Program-made: the position numbers and the translations under genes | The notes under the pieces: model-generated | Databases searched by the model: none | Told to the model about the DNA's origin: nothing | The model's input: the letters and a program-made list of their open reading frames with translations, nothing else | Part shown: piece after piece, positions 39,331 to 49,300 of the stretch | How positions within the stretch are numbered: position 1 is the stretch's first letter | Layout of the letters: every line of letters begins with the position of its first letter | Source of the DNA: a virus | DNA: 64,000 nucleotides | IMG/VR virus record: IMGVR_UViG_3300018080_000118 | Coordinates: 32,001-96,000 of that record | Direction: 5' to 3' (one strand)

Positions 39331-40524
39331 ATGAGCGACGCCTTCAACGTCGAACAGTTCAACGCCCTCTTCGGGCAAGCTGTCGAAGCAGGCGGCGAGG
39401 CCCTCACGAAGCTCGGGCAGGCCAGTGGCCTGTACATCCAGCAGAAACTCCGTGAGAACGCTTTCTGCCGCAAGATCATCCCGCCCAAGGTCGTCACCGA
39501 GAAAGAGTGCCAGCGCCGCGTCGCGGACGAGGGCCTCGAATACATCGATGACCTGGAGCCGGATTCCATCGCCATGCACATCAACTGGCGCGGCGAGCCG
39601 GAGAAGACCTACCTGCAGGCCCCGCGCTACGCGATCCGCCTGCACACCATCTCCTCGGACAAGATCGTCAAGTCCGAGCAGGAGCTGCGGTCCTACCGCA
39701 TGCCCCTGACCAAGGTCCTGGAGCAGAACATCGCCAAGGACATCCAGGAGCAGGAAGACGTGACCTTCATGAAGCACGTCAAGTCCGGCCTGTTCCTCGC
39801 CACACGGCACCGCTACAACAGCCTCGTCACCGACGGCGTCGTGACCGGCGGCACCGCGACGAAGAACTTCGGCTCCAGCCAGGAGTTCATGCGGTACCTC
39901 TTCCAGAAGGACAAGGGCGGCACCGGTGCATGGTCCGCCATCTCCTCGTCCAACCTGAACCGCAGCGACGCGATCTACTCCAACATCATCCTCTCCGACG
40001 AGGACGACTGGAACCGCGTGGTCCTCAAGGACCTCGTGAAGATCCCCGCCGCCCGCGAGCAGAAGGCTCGGACCTTCCTGATCCACGAGATCACCTGGAC
40101 GGACGTCGTGGCGTGGTCCCTGACCGAGGCCGGTCTGGAGATCACCTCCGAGATCGTCCGTGACGGATACAAGTACACCACCGTCGGTGGGTACACGTTC
40201 GTCACCACGATCCGCGACAACAACCAGCTCGTGGAACCGGGCGTCATCTACGTCTTCCCCGCGCCGGAGTTCCTGGGACGCATCCTGGTCCTGGAGAACA
40301 CCAAGTTCTACATCGACAAGCGCGGTCGCTTCATCGAGATGGAGGCATGGGAAGACATCGGGGCGGGCTTCGGCAACATCCGGGGCCTCGGCGTCATCCT
40401 CCTCAAGGGTGCGCGGATGAGCATCCCGGTGACGTGGCAGGACACGGCAGGCACCGCAACTGCCGCCGGCAACTTCACGATCATCAACGACAACACCCAG
40501 GCCTCCCTCCCCGCGCTCTCGTAG
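39331..40524 (+). CDS. Major capsid protein (HK97 fold)
   Basis: 397 aa; strongly C/G-ending codons; YIQQKLRENAFCRKIIPP and KDIQEQED; strong SD; followed by a terminator. Confidence 0.8.
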   Translation: MSDAFNVEQFNALFGQAVEAGGEALTKLGQASGLYIQQKLRENAFCRKIIPPKVVTEKECQRRVADEGLEYIDDLEPDSIAMHINWRGEPEKTYLQAPRYAIRLHTISSDKIVKSEQELRSYRMPLTKVLEQNIAKDIQEQEDVTFMKHVKSGLFLATRHRYNSLVTDGVVTGGTATKNFGSSQEFMRYLFQKDKGGTGAWSAISSSNLNRSDAIYSNIILSDEDDWNRVVLKDLVKIPAAREQKARTFLIHEITWTDVVAWSLTEAGLEITSEIVRDGYKYTTVGGYTFVTTIRDNNQLVEPGVIYVFPAPEFLGRILVLENTKFYIDKRGRFIEMEAWEDIGAGFGNIRGLGVILLKGARMSIPVTWQDTAGTATAAGNFTIINDNTQASLPALS

Positions 40525-40552
40525 CGTAGGGCCACGGCCATCACGGGACACG

Positions 40553-40597
40553 AAGCCCCGCCCGCTCACTCACCTGTGGGCGGGACGGGGCTTTTTT
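40553..40597 (+). terminator. Rho-independent terminator after the MCP
   Basis: AAGCCCCG-CCCGCTCAC-loop-GTGGGCGGG-a-CGGGGCTT followed by TTTT. Confidence 0.9.
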
Positions 40598-40611
40598 GTT
40601 AGGGGCAGCAG

Positions 40612-40815
40612 ATGAAGGGCACCTTCTTCGCCGGGTTCGCCGATGAGATGCAGAAGCTCGGAAAGATGTCCAAGCGTAAGCGTCGTGCGGTCCAGACGGC
40701 CCTTGCCGGCCTGGGTCTCGGCGTGGTGGGCGGCGTGACCGAAGGTATCGTCAGCCCCATCACACAGACACTCTTTGAGCGCCGCATGAAGCGCAAGAAG
40801 AAGGAGAAGAAATGA
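40612..40815 (+). CDS. Small basic protein with FFAGFADEMQKLG tag and Gly-zipper segment
   Basis: Shared N-terminal tag; ALAGLGLGVVGGV; Lys-rich tail. Confidence 0.65.
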   Translation: MKGTFFAGFADEMQKLGKMSKRKRRAVQTALAGLGLGVVGGVTEGIVSPITQTLFERRMKRKKKEKK

Positions 40816-41198
40816 AGGAAGACACCAGCAAGCCCAGTGTCGGTAAGAAAACCCGGGCCAAGTGGGTCAGCCGAGATCTGAAGCGGGGGCTGGTCGCGGG
40901 GAGCGCCGGGCTTGTTGGTGGCTACCTTGTCCGCAAGGCCAAGGAGCGCCGGGACCGGAAACGCCGCGTGGAGAAGCTCAAGAAGGCTCTCGGCGGACGC
41001 AAGCTTATCATGATCGCTGTCGGGAAGCCCAGCAGCGACGAGAAGCGAGCTGCGTTCTACCTGGGGGTCGAGGACGAGCTTCGCAAGCTCAGCGCCAGGA
41101 TGCCGCGGCCCAAGCCTCCTACCTACCCCACTCCCAAGCTACCGAAAAGACCACCAACGCCTCCGACCGTACGGGCGGTCAAGATGCCTGGTGGATAA
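40812..41198 (+). CDS. Basic protein with Gly-zipper and internal FYLGVEDELRKLS tag
   Basis: ATGA coupling; GLVAGSAGLVGGYLV; Pro-rich tail. Confidence 0.6.
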   Translation: MKEDTSKPSVGKKTRAKWVSRDLKRGLVAGSAGLVGGYLVRKAKERRDRKRRVEKLKKALGGRKLIMIAVGKPSSDEKRAAFYLGVEDELRKLSARMPRPKPPTYPTPKLPKRPPTPPTVRAVKMPGG

Positions 41199-41214
41199 GT
41201 AAGGAGACGTCAGA

Positions 41215-41793
41215 ATGCACACAGCAAGAGTTACATGGTTCGGGCCGGAGGGCAAGCTGCACCTCCAGCTCAAGAGCTTCCCTGCGCGGCGAGAGGTTAA
41301 GTGTCGCCTGGACGAGATCACGCTCCCGGAGAGGAAGCGGCACCGAGATCAGCTGCTGGTCCGTCGCAGTGACGGCGCGCTGATCAACGTGGGTCGTCTC
41401 GTGCCGGAGAAGGAGGCCGTTGCGGCCATGGAGGCGTGCCCTATCGTCGATGACGGGCACACGGGTTTCTTCGTCGCACTGCCCCGGGGCTACGGGATCG
41501 TGGACAACCAGGAGACCAGCCAGCTGAACGTGGTTCCCGCTGGAGAGATCCCTCCGATGAGCGAGCCGCTGCCGGAGATGTCCAAGCCACCCATCATCTC
41601 GGAACCTGAGGAAGAGGTGGTCGAGGAGCCGGACGCCGAGGAGCCTCCCGCAGAGGAGGAGCCCCAGGCCGAAGTGGTCGAAGAAGCACCCGAGGAAGAG
41701 CCCGAGCCAGAAGAGGAACCGGACGAAGAACCTGAGGAGGAGCAGGAAGAGGTCGAAGAAGACGACGATCTCCTGGACCTCATGGGAGATTAG
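41215..41793 (+). CDS. Hypothetical protein with Glu/Pro-rich acidic tail
   Basis: TAAGGAG SD; EEEPE low-complexity repeats. Confidence 0.65.
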   Translation: MHTARVTWFGPEGKLHLQLKSFPARREVKCRLDEITLPERKRHRDQLLVRRSDGALINVGRLVPEKEAVAAMEACPIVDDGHTGFFVALPRGYGIVDNQETSQLNVVPAGEIPPMSEPLPEMSKPPIISEPEEEVVEEPDAEEPPAEEEPQAEVVEEAPEEEPEPEEEPDEEPEEEQEEVEEDDDLLDLMGD

Positions 41794-41795
41794 CC

Positions 41796-42302
41796 ATGGC
41801 GCAAAGATTCCAGGTTCCCAAGTACCTGGTCGACAAGCTTCGCCGCTTCCTGCAGGACTACGCAGAAGCGAACGAGCTGCTCGACGAGAAGGAGTCCAAG
41901 GACATCTTCCTTGCGGAGATGCTTGTGGATGCTCTGAGCCGGTACAACCTCATCGAGCCCTCAGGGCCGAATCTCAACATCACGCTCGAAGGGGCCACCA
42001 GCGAGGAGGCCCTCTTGCTCGTGGACGAGGCAGCGGCCCGAGTCCTTACCTCAGTCTCCATCCGGATGCAGCGCAACATGCTGGAGTACGTGGACGGGAA
42101 TATCCGCCAGCAGATCAACGATAAGTGGCAGTTCTACAACACCACGATCGCGCGGCTGCGTGGCGGCGATGCCGGCAACGGCTTCGACAAACTGGTGAAG
42201 GAGCGTAAAATAAAGAAGAACTGCGACAACGCGTGGGGCTTCGTACACACGGAGCTTTACGATGGCTACCGCGACGGTGGCTACGTAACCGTCTGGGCAT
42301 AG
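41796..42302 (+). CDS. Head-tail adaptor (neck) protein
   Basis: Helical 168-aa protein downstream of the MCP; LRRFLQD...NELLD...RNMLEYVDG. Confidence 0.55.
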   Translation: MAQRFQVPKYLVDKLRRFLQDYAEANELLDEKESKDIFLAEMLVDALSRYNLIEPSGPNLNITLEGATSEEALLLVDEAAARVLTSVSIRMQRNMLEYVDGNIRQQINDKWQFYNTTIARLRGGDAGNGFDKLVKERKIKKNCDNAWGFVHTELYDGYRDGGYVTVWA

Positions 42303-42312
42303 GAGCAATAGC

Positions 42313-42720
42313 ATGGCTGTAGTAGAAGACCAAGGCAACATCCTGGTTCACGGTCGTTTCGGTGCGCTCCAGGTCGCAGTGGATGGTGACGACACGGAAG
42401 TGGCAATCCCTTCGGGATCAACCCACGCCGAAATTCACCAGGAGACCCAGTTCCAGAACATCCTCTACAGCATCACTGGCCTCGTGGACTCGTGGTTCGT
42501 ACTGCCACCCGGCCCAAGAGATGAAGCAGACGCTCCGTTCCGTGTCGCCCTGAGTGGTGCGGCTGGAGTAGACCCCAACCGAAAAATCTGGTTCCGGAAA
42601 GCCCGCCAGATCCGACAGATCACCAGGCGTCCTTCACTGATCGGACACTACACCGACCCGCGCAAGGACATCTGTGATGACGTGATCGGCAAACTGACCG
42701 TTACCTTTACCGAGGATTAG
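42313..42720 (+). CDS. Structural protein, paralogue A
   Basis: Shares GNILVHGRFG...THAEI.QETQFQNI.YS...CDDVIGKLTVTFTED with the next gene. Confidence 0.7.
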   Translation: MAVVEDQGNILVHGRFGALQVAVDGDDTEVAIPSGSTHAEIHQETQFQNILYSITGLVDSWFVLPPGPRDEADAPFRVALSGAAGVDPNRKIWFRKARQIRQITRRPSLIGHYTDPRKDICDDVIGKLTVTFTED

Positions 42721-42722
42721 GT

Positions 42723-43292
42723 ATGGCCATCACAGAGAAGCTCGGGAATATCCTGGTTCATGGGCGCTTCGGCGGCCTCCAGGTAGCCCAGGATGGTTTC
42801 GACACCGTGGTGCTGGCCCCGGCTAGCTCCACCCACGCCGAGATCTTCCAAGAGACGCAGTTCCAAAACATCTTCTACAGCCTGGATGGCTCCGCTAACT
42901 CATGGCGGCCACTCCCTCCTGGCGCGAAGGACGAGACGGGCTCCGCGTTCCGCGTGGCCCTGGGAACAGCGACCTCCATCTACTTTCGCAAGGCACGCCA
43001 GATTCGGCACATTACGAAGCGCCCAGGATACTCTGGACGTTTCGCCGGAAATTTCGACGCGTCTGCGGGAACACCGGCGCTGGCTGATGGCTCCGGAGTG
43101 GGCAAGGACTATTACTTCGTCAGCGTCGCGGGCACCTATGACTTCGGCTCGGGCGGCATCGCCCTCATCATCGGAGATTGGGTGATCTACGACGCCAGCA
43201 CCAACACGTGGATCAAGGCCACCGAGGATCCTCGTACGTGGCTTTGCGACGACGTGATCGGGAAGTTGACGGTAACCTTTACCGAGGACTAG
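42723..43292 (+). CDS. Structural protein, paralogue B with inserted aromatic beta-module
   Basis: Paralogue of the 42313 protein plus an insert of about 55 aa (GNFDAS...DYYFVSVAG...GDWVIYD...WIK). Confidence 0.7.
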   Translation: MAITEKLGNILVHGRFGGLQVAQDGFDTVVLAPASSTHAEIFQETQFQNIFYSLDGSANSWRPLPPGAKDETGSAFRVALGTATSIYFRKARQIRHITKRPGYSGRFAGNFDASAGTPALADGSGVGKDYYFVSVAGTYDFGSGGIALIIGDWVIYDASTNTWIKATEDPRTWLCDDVIGKLTVTFTED

Positions 43293-43294
43293 CC

Positions 43295-43696
43295 ATGAAG
43301 CTCGAAGAGTTCCTCAAGAACGCGACGGCCAACATCCAGAAGCCGCCCCCACCTCAGCTCATGCTGAAGAAGAACTTCAGCGTCAACTTCACGACGCAGT
43401 ACGGGAGCGCGATGCCCGATGGTCGGCCGGCTCCGCTGAATATAGGCAGCATCCCAGGTACGAAGAACCCCGTGGACAACCAGCCCTGGGAGGTCGTGGT
43501 CCCGGGCCTGCAAATGGCGCTCTCCGGCGTCAAGGTGGATCGCATCGCCGGTGTCGTCACCGAGCGTGCGGGGGACCACATCATTGTGGGTATCCCTGTT
43601 GGCATGATGGACCAGAAGCAGTTCAAAGAGCAGCTTGAAAAATTCATCAAGGTGCGGAAACGGTACGACCCCTCCGCAAGATTTGTTCCCACATAG
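43295..43696 (+). CDS. Hypothetical protein
   Basis: ATG 43295 after GAGGA; 133 aa. Confidence 0.55.
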   Translation: MKLEEFLKNATANIQKPPPPQLMLKKNFSVNFTTQYGSAMPDGRPAPLNIGSIPGTKNPVDNQPWEVVVPGLQMALSGVKVDRIAGVVTERAGDHIIVGIPVGMMDQKQFKEQLEKFIKVRKRYDPSARFVPT

Positions 43697-43697
43697 G

Positions 43698-43724
43698 AGC
43701 TCGATAGTGCGTCGTCGAGCTTTT
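43698..43724 (+). terminator. Possible terminator
   Basis: AGCTCGA-N10-TCGAGCT followed by TTT. Confidence 0.45.
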
Positions 43725-43780
43725 GACCGAGGCGGCCGTTCCGGGCCGAGACGCGCCTGACAGCAAAGTGGTAGTTCACA

Positions 43781-44704
43781 ATGGTCGTCTTCGATAAGCT
43801 TCATTCCGGGGAACCTGCGGTGTTCGTTGAGATCGCCAGTCGGGCCTCCGTGATCGTGTCTTGGCGTATTCGCCCGACCAATGAAGACCTGTCAACGATG
43901 ACCGTGAACGTCTCCCGAGCCTACTCTCCCGAAGGTCCGTTTGAGTCGCTGGCAGACGTGATAGCGACAGACAACGTCTTTCGAGACGTGAACGCACATC
44001 TTCGGGACAAGTGGCGAGAGATTTACTACAAGCTGCGGCTAACGAGTCCGGACGCCATTGAGGACGAAACGAAACCCGTTGGGTTGCGGACAACACCAGA
44101 GCTCGAAGCTGTGGCAATCCGCAGAAGACTCGACCTGCTGCTGAAGTTCTCCGGCATCCCGTGTCTCATTTACTCGCGGAAGCACGAAGGGGAACGCTGT
44201 CCCAACTGCTGGGATCCAGTTCTTAAAAAGGTAGAGTATTCCAACTGTCCTCAGTGTTTCAACACAGGCCGCCTCGGTGGCTACTACCACCCTGTGCTCA
44301 CACAGGTGAAGATAGACCCAGTTCGCAAGATGAACGAGCCGGGCGATACCTTACGCCAAGTCGAGCAGACCACGGCGCTGGTCGCCTACTTCCCTCTCGT
44401 CAAACCCCAAGACATCATCTACGAGGTAAACGCTGGCGAGAGGTGGCGCGTGGTCACGGTCGACCCGACCGAGAAGAAGCGCAGCATCGTTCACCAAGAC
44501 CTCTCGATGGTCAGCTTGAACCCCGGGGATATCGAGCACAAGATCCCCATCCCCGGGAGTGGACTGACCCCCATCATCAAGCCTCGTCAGAACTGGTGGA
44601 TCGAGCGGGACCGTCCGATTGTCCGGGACAAGGAGAGCCTTCCGGCAGATGAGCAGGAAGGGGTGGACGAACAAGATGTGGACTTCTACGAGGTATACTC
44701 GTAA
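43781..44704 (+). CDS. Head-closure/neck protein with Fn3-like N-terminus and zinc finger
   Basis: CPNCWDPVLKK...CPQCFNTGRLGGY; VKPQDIIYE...RWRV. Confidence 0.6.
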   Translation: MVVFDKLHSGEPAVFVEIASRASVIVSWRIRPTNEDLSTMTVNVSRAYSPEGPFESLADVIATDNVFRDVNAHLRDKWREIYYKLRLTSPDAIEDETKPVGLRTTPELEAVAIRRRLDLLLKFSGIPCLIYSRKHEGERCPNCWDPVLKKVEYSNCPQCFNTGRLGGYYHPVLTQVKIDPVRKMNEPGDTLRQVEQTTALVAYFPLVKPQDIIYEVNAGERWRVVTVDPTEKKRSIVHQDLSMVSLNPGDIEHKIPIPGSGLTPIIKPRQNWWIERDRPIVRDKESLPADEQEGVDEQDVDFYEVYS

Positions 44705-44892
44705 TGCCAAAGCCTATCCCTGAAGACGAAATCGTAGACCCAGCCAGGATCAAAGCGATGCTGCCCAAGAAGCCCGAGGAGATCGGGCCGGGATCTATCG
44801 GGGCATGGCTGGAATGGCTGCGGCACCAGCGGCCCGTACGCGCCAAGTTTGTAGGGCCGGCTGACAACTCCGGGAGTGATCAAAAGAAGTGA
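44704..44892 (+). CDS. Small hypothetical protein
   Basis: Coupled on both sides (TAATG and GTGA). Confidence 0.45.
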   Translation: MPKPIPEDEIVDPARIKAMLPKKPEEIGPGSIGAWLEWLRHQRPVRAKFVGPADNSGSDQKK

Positions 44893-45341
44893 CGCTCGCG
44901 CTCATCATGCTCGACGATGAAATGACGGACGAGGCCGTGGCTGAGTTCGCCAGTAAGCTCAAGCCTGGTCTTCGAGAGGCACTGCGTCGCAGCACCAAGA
45001 CCGGGTCAGGCGATCTCGCCGACAGCCTTAGCATTCACGTCGAGGGTCGCAAGGTTATCCGCATCACATCCTCAGCGCGTTACGCGGTCGCTTTGGACCG
45101 AGGCACGCGTTCCCGCATTATGTGGGGCTTGATAAACAAGGTAGTGCCACTAAAACTCTCCGGAGGAACAACGATATTCAGAAGAGTGACGTTGTCCTCT
45201 TTGATTCGCGGAAAATGGAGGTACCCTGGAACTCCTGGTCTCAACTTCGTAGAGAAGGGGGCGCAGTTGGCCAAAGCCTTTACTGACAGCCCCGTAGGAT
45301 ACAGGATCCAGAAACCTCCTTCAGTCGTGGCCACTGTGTAG
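44889..45341 (+). CDS. Tail-completion (HK97 gp10-like) neck protein
   Basis: SGDLADSL...YAVALDRGT...W.YPGTPGLNFVEKG pattern. Confidence 0.55.
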   Translation: MTLALIMLDDEMTDEAVAEFASKLKPGLREALRRSTKTGSGDLADSLSIHVEGRKVIRITSSARYAVALDRGTRSRIMWGLINKVVPLKLSGGTTIFRRVTLSSLIRGKWRYPGTPGLNFVEKGAQLAKAFTDSPVGYRIQKPPSVVATV

Positions 45342-45351
45342 GAGCAGAAAG

Positions 45352-45657
45352 ATGGCAGACAACCTGATGGGTGATGCCGAACGCGAACTCGCCAAGTCGC
45401 TGGCCGAGATCTGCGGACAGGACCTGGAGAAGATCGCCTCGGCGAAGGGCGAAGAGCTCGACTTCGATGCGATGCTCCAGCAGGCCGATCCGGAGACGGT
45501 ACCGGGGCTGCAGAAGATCGCGTCCGTGCTCGACATCGAGATGGATCAGCTCGTCAACGATCCCAACTTCCGGGAAGGGGTCAACCACGAGCTGGACAGC
45601 CGAAAGAGCGAGTGGGTGCCGTTCGCAATGAAACTCGCAGGACTTGCTGATGACTAA
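45352..45657 (+). CDS. Small acidic protein with KIAS motifs
   Basis: AGGAG SD; LEKIAS, LQKIAS, FREGVNHEL and MKLAG. Confidence 0.6.
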   Translation: MADNLMGDAERELAKSLAEICGQDLEKIASAKGEELDFDAMLQQADPETVPGLQKIASVLDIEMDQLVNDPNFREGVNHELDSRKSEWVPFAMKLAGLADD

Positions 45658-46346
45658 TGGGTACACCCGACTACAAGGATGTGCAGACGCCAGTGGGGAA
45701 CCCGCTGCGGTACGCTCGGCGCGCGATGATCGAAATCCTTCAGAGCGCGTTCGAGTCCGAGTATCTCTACACGGACACAGACGGAAGTCGGGTAGTCAAC
45801 CCTTTCCTCATCAAGTTCCAAGAGGACGGCGAAACGGCAGAGGATTCGAGACTGGTGATCGCGGACGGCTGGACCAACGAGTTGGAGCAGACGGACCCGC
45901 GACCCATGGTCATTGTGAACCGGGGGGACTTCGGTTTCCTTCGGCTGAGCGTAGGGCAAGGAAAATCTCACGGGTGGCCGGATTACGACGTGGAGAACAA
46001 GACCAAGACAGAGTCGTACGCCGATCTCACCGAGATGCCCTTGTCGCTGAGCTGCCTAGCAAGGCAGGAATTGGAGGCTGAGGAACTAGCGTGGGCATGT
46101 GCACTTTTCATTCGGATGCTTCACTTCGAGCTGATGGCGAAGTCGCAACTCTTCAAGATCAGTCTCCCGAGAGTGGGCGCTCCGGCCATTGTGAAGTCAG
46201 ATGCTCAAATCGACTTGGTCCTCACCCCCGTGACATTCACTGTGAATCAGACAATGCAGTGGACGGTTACGAGGCCCGTGAGACTCGGTAAGCTCGTCTA
46301 CCAGTTCTTCGTGGCGGGAGAAGACGAACCGTTCGTAGAGGTGTAA
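45657..46346 (+). CDS. Tail terminator-like protein
   Basis: Lies directly before the sheath gene; RPMVIVNRG and SCLARQELEAEELA. Confidence 0.55.
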   Translation: MGTPDYKDVQTPVGNPLRYARRAMIEILQSAFESEYLYTDTDGSRVVNPFLIKFQEDGETAEDSRLVIADGWTNELEQTDPRPMVIVNRGDFGFLRLSVGQGKSHGWPDYDVENKTKTESYADLTEMPLSLSCLARQELEAEELAWACALFIRMLHFELMAKSQLFKISLPRVGAPAIVKSDAQIDLVLTPVTFTVNQTMQWTVTRPVRLGKLVYQFFVAGEDEPFVEV

Positions 46347-46348
46347 AC

Positions 46349-49300
46349 ATGGCAGAGAGCCTGAGACCGGATATCATCGTCACGCAGGTGTTCGACACGC
46401 CCCAGCCGACGGTGCCTGTTACCAATCTTCCCGTCTGCTTCATCGGACTGAACCGGCAGTTCGTGTGGCGGGAGAACGCCGGGTCCTTCGAAGGCGGACA
46501 GCCTGGCCAGCAATACTTCTTCCCGAATCTGAGCGCAGGGGCGGTCATCGAGCAGCCGGGGGCAACCCTGGATGTGGCCGAATTCCCCGACGTTCTGGAG
46601 CCGCACGTCTACATCCAGAACGTGCACGGGGTGGGAGAGGTGACTGGCGGGGATCTCACCTACGCTTTCGCCACGGATCCTCCCACGTTCAGCATCAGCC
46701 CGTCCGCGTCCGTGGTCTTCGAGATCGCGACGGGGGACGACGGTTCGTACTCGGCCGCGACCGGGTACTTCCTCGACAACGAGGCTGACTTCATCGAGGA
46801 CCAGGTCGCTGCCGCAGACGAGATCCTCGTGCTGCACAACGATGGCAGCTACTACAAGGCCTTCGACGTGGTGGACATCCTGTCGGACAACCAGCTGGAC
46901 GTCCTGCGGGCCAACAAGGCCACGACGCCGGCTCTTCCGACGGCTGCCCTCACTGCCGAGGATGCCTTCGGGTTCCGGACCATCACCGATACGAACCAGC
47001 AGCTCATGTCGACAGGCGTCGACATCGGGGACCTGGTGACGATCGATGGCTGGGATCAGGTCACGAGCGTCCTGGGGGGCGACTACGGGGCCGCAGGCAC
47101 CGGCACAGGCACCCCGGCCACGTCGCGCCTGTTCACCGACGCGAGCAAGGACTTCGCTGCTGCGGGTGTCCTCGCTGCCGACGTGATCTTCTCGGCCGAC
47201 TCCCTCGGCGACTGGGTGCCTTTCTTCCAGGTGACTGGCGGCATCGGCACCACGCAGATCACCGATGTCGAGAACATTGTCACGAGTCCGAGCGCCATCC
47301 CGGCCCTGACCGCCAGCTCCACGGGCGTCCCCTACGACGTCATGCGCTACAGCGCTCCTCGGGATCTGACCGGCGGTGCCGTGGTCTCCTCCACCACAGG
47401 TGAGTACGACGCCCAGGGCGTCACAGCCTGGACCTTCACACCCTCGGTCTCCACGAACCGCATCTTCCACGATGCGAGCGCGGTCTACACCTCGGGTACC
47501 GTGGTCGCCGGTGACGAGATCGTCATCGACGTCATCGCCAGCGGGCCGCCATACCTGAAGCCAGGCAACTGGCCACAGTTCGTGGTCGTGTCCGTCCTGT
47601 CTGCCACCGACCTGGAGATCAGCCAGCACGACAGTAACGTGCCGCTGCCGACCGCGACGGTTCTCAACCCCTCCTTCGTGAGCTACGAGATCCGTGACGC
47701 CACGTCGGTGACCTCCAACACCGCCGGGTCCTACACCGCCGAGGGCGGTGGTGGTGCCCCTGCGGGCCAACGCCGGATCACGGCAACCGGGAAGGACTTC
47801 GTCACCGCTGGCGTGATCGCTGGAGACTTCATCCAGGATCTGGCAGGGAACACCCTGTTCACCATCGTCACGGTCCATCCGTCGGGTACCGGCACTCTCG
47901 ATGTCCAGAACATCGTGCCTGGCAACCCACCGGCGGCATCAAGCGATGCCCGATTCGCCTTCTACGTGAACGACCAGAACCCGGCGATCCTGGAGGTGGT
48001 GAGCGTCGACTCCGAAACCGTGATGACCGTGAAGAACACATTGTCCGGTTCGCCGGGCACCGGGGCCTACCCCGGCCTGTTCGTCACCAACATCACCTTC
48101 GCGGACACCGGCCAGGACGTCACCTACAAGATCAACAAGACCCAGACCGGGACTGCCCTGGAAGGCACCGTGCTCTGCACCTACACGGCACGCAGGAACG
48201 ACTACCTCAACTCCATCGTGCCAGTGGACATCAACACCTACCAGACGGTCCTGGGTCCTCCGGTCCCGGGCAACGACCTCTCCCTCGCTTTCAAGAAGGT
48301 CTTCGAGGTCCTGGGTGCCACGGCCTACTTCGTCCAGGTCCCCAACGACACGCTCGACGACTGGACCGAGGCCTTCACCCTGGCCGCCAACGAGATCATC
48401 TACATCCCTGTGCCGCTCACGCAGCGCGAGGACGTGATCCAGCTGACCAACACGCACGTGACGGAGTTCAGCAAGCCCGAGAAGAAGCGCGAGCGCATCT
48501 CCTACGTGTGTCACAAGGAGGTGGTGCAGACAACGCGGCGTTCCGCGACCTCAGCCATGACCTTCACCAAGAGCGCGACGGGAGTCACCAACGTCGTGTC
48601 CACGGCCGTCGACCTGACCGCCTACGGCACGATCGTCGGCGATGTGCTCTCGGGCACCTTCAACGACGGGACCACCGACTACACCATCACCAACGCCCGG
48701 ATCATCAGCATCACCCCGTCCACCCCCGCCGTGGGGCAGTCCACCATGCGCGTGGTGGCGGACGCCTCGGTGCCGGTGTCCAGCTCGGGCACCGTCGCCA
48801 ACTGGAACGTGAAGAGCAAGCCCCTGAGCCTGCTCCAGCGTGCCCAGCAACAGGCCGCCTACACCACGGCTATCTCGAACCGCCGTCTCCGGAACCTGTG
48901 GCCCGACACGATCGAGGACACCTTCACGGACGAGACGGCAGGCGAGGGGTCTTCGACAGGCTTCTTCGGTGGCGGCGACCAGATCGCCACCCTCGGTGGC
49001 GAGTACCTCTGCGTCATGGAAGCAGGGAAGCGCGCCAACGAGAATCCGAGCCAGCCGCTGTCCAACTTCCCAGCGGGCAGCATCCACAAGATCATCGACC
49101 CCATGGGTGACAACATCACCTACCAGGATATCATCCTGGACGGAGGCAACTACTACATGGAGCACGAGGGCGACGACCAGCCGCCCAAGGCGATCCGGGC
49201 CATCTCGACGGACACGAGCGACCTCTACAAGCTGGAGGACAACGTCCCGTCGCAGATCGACTCCTTCGCCAGGAAGCTGCGGTCGCAGCTCAAACCCATG

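Noticed and set aside
41600-41780. GAG/GAA-rich repeats (also 49590-49730 and 54845-55030)
   Set aside because: They are explained by low-complexity acidic or charged protein tracts and are not an array or mobile element.
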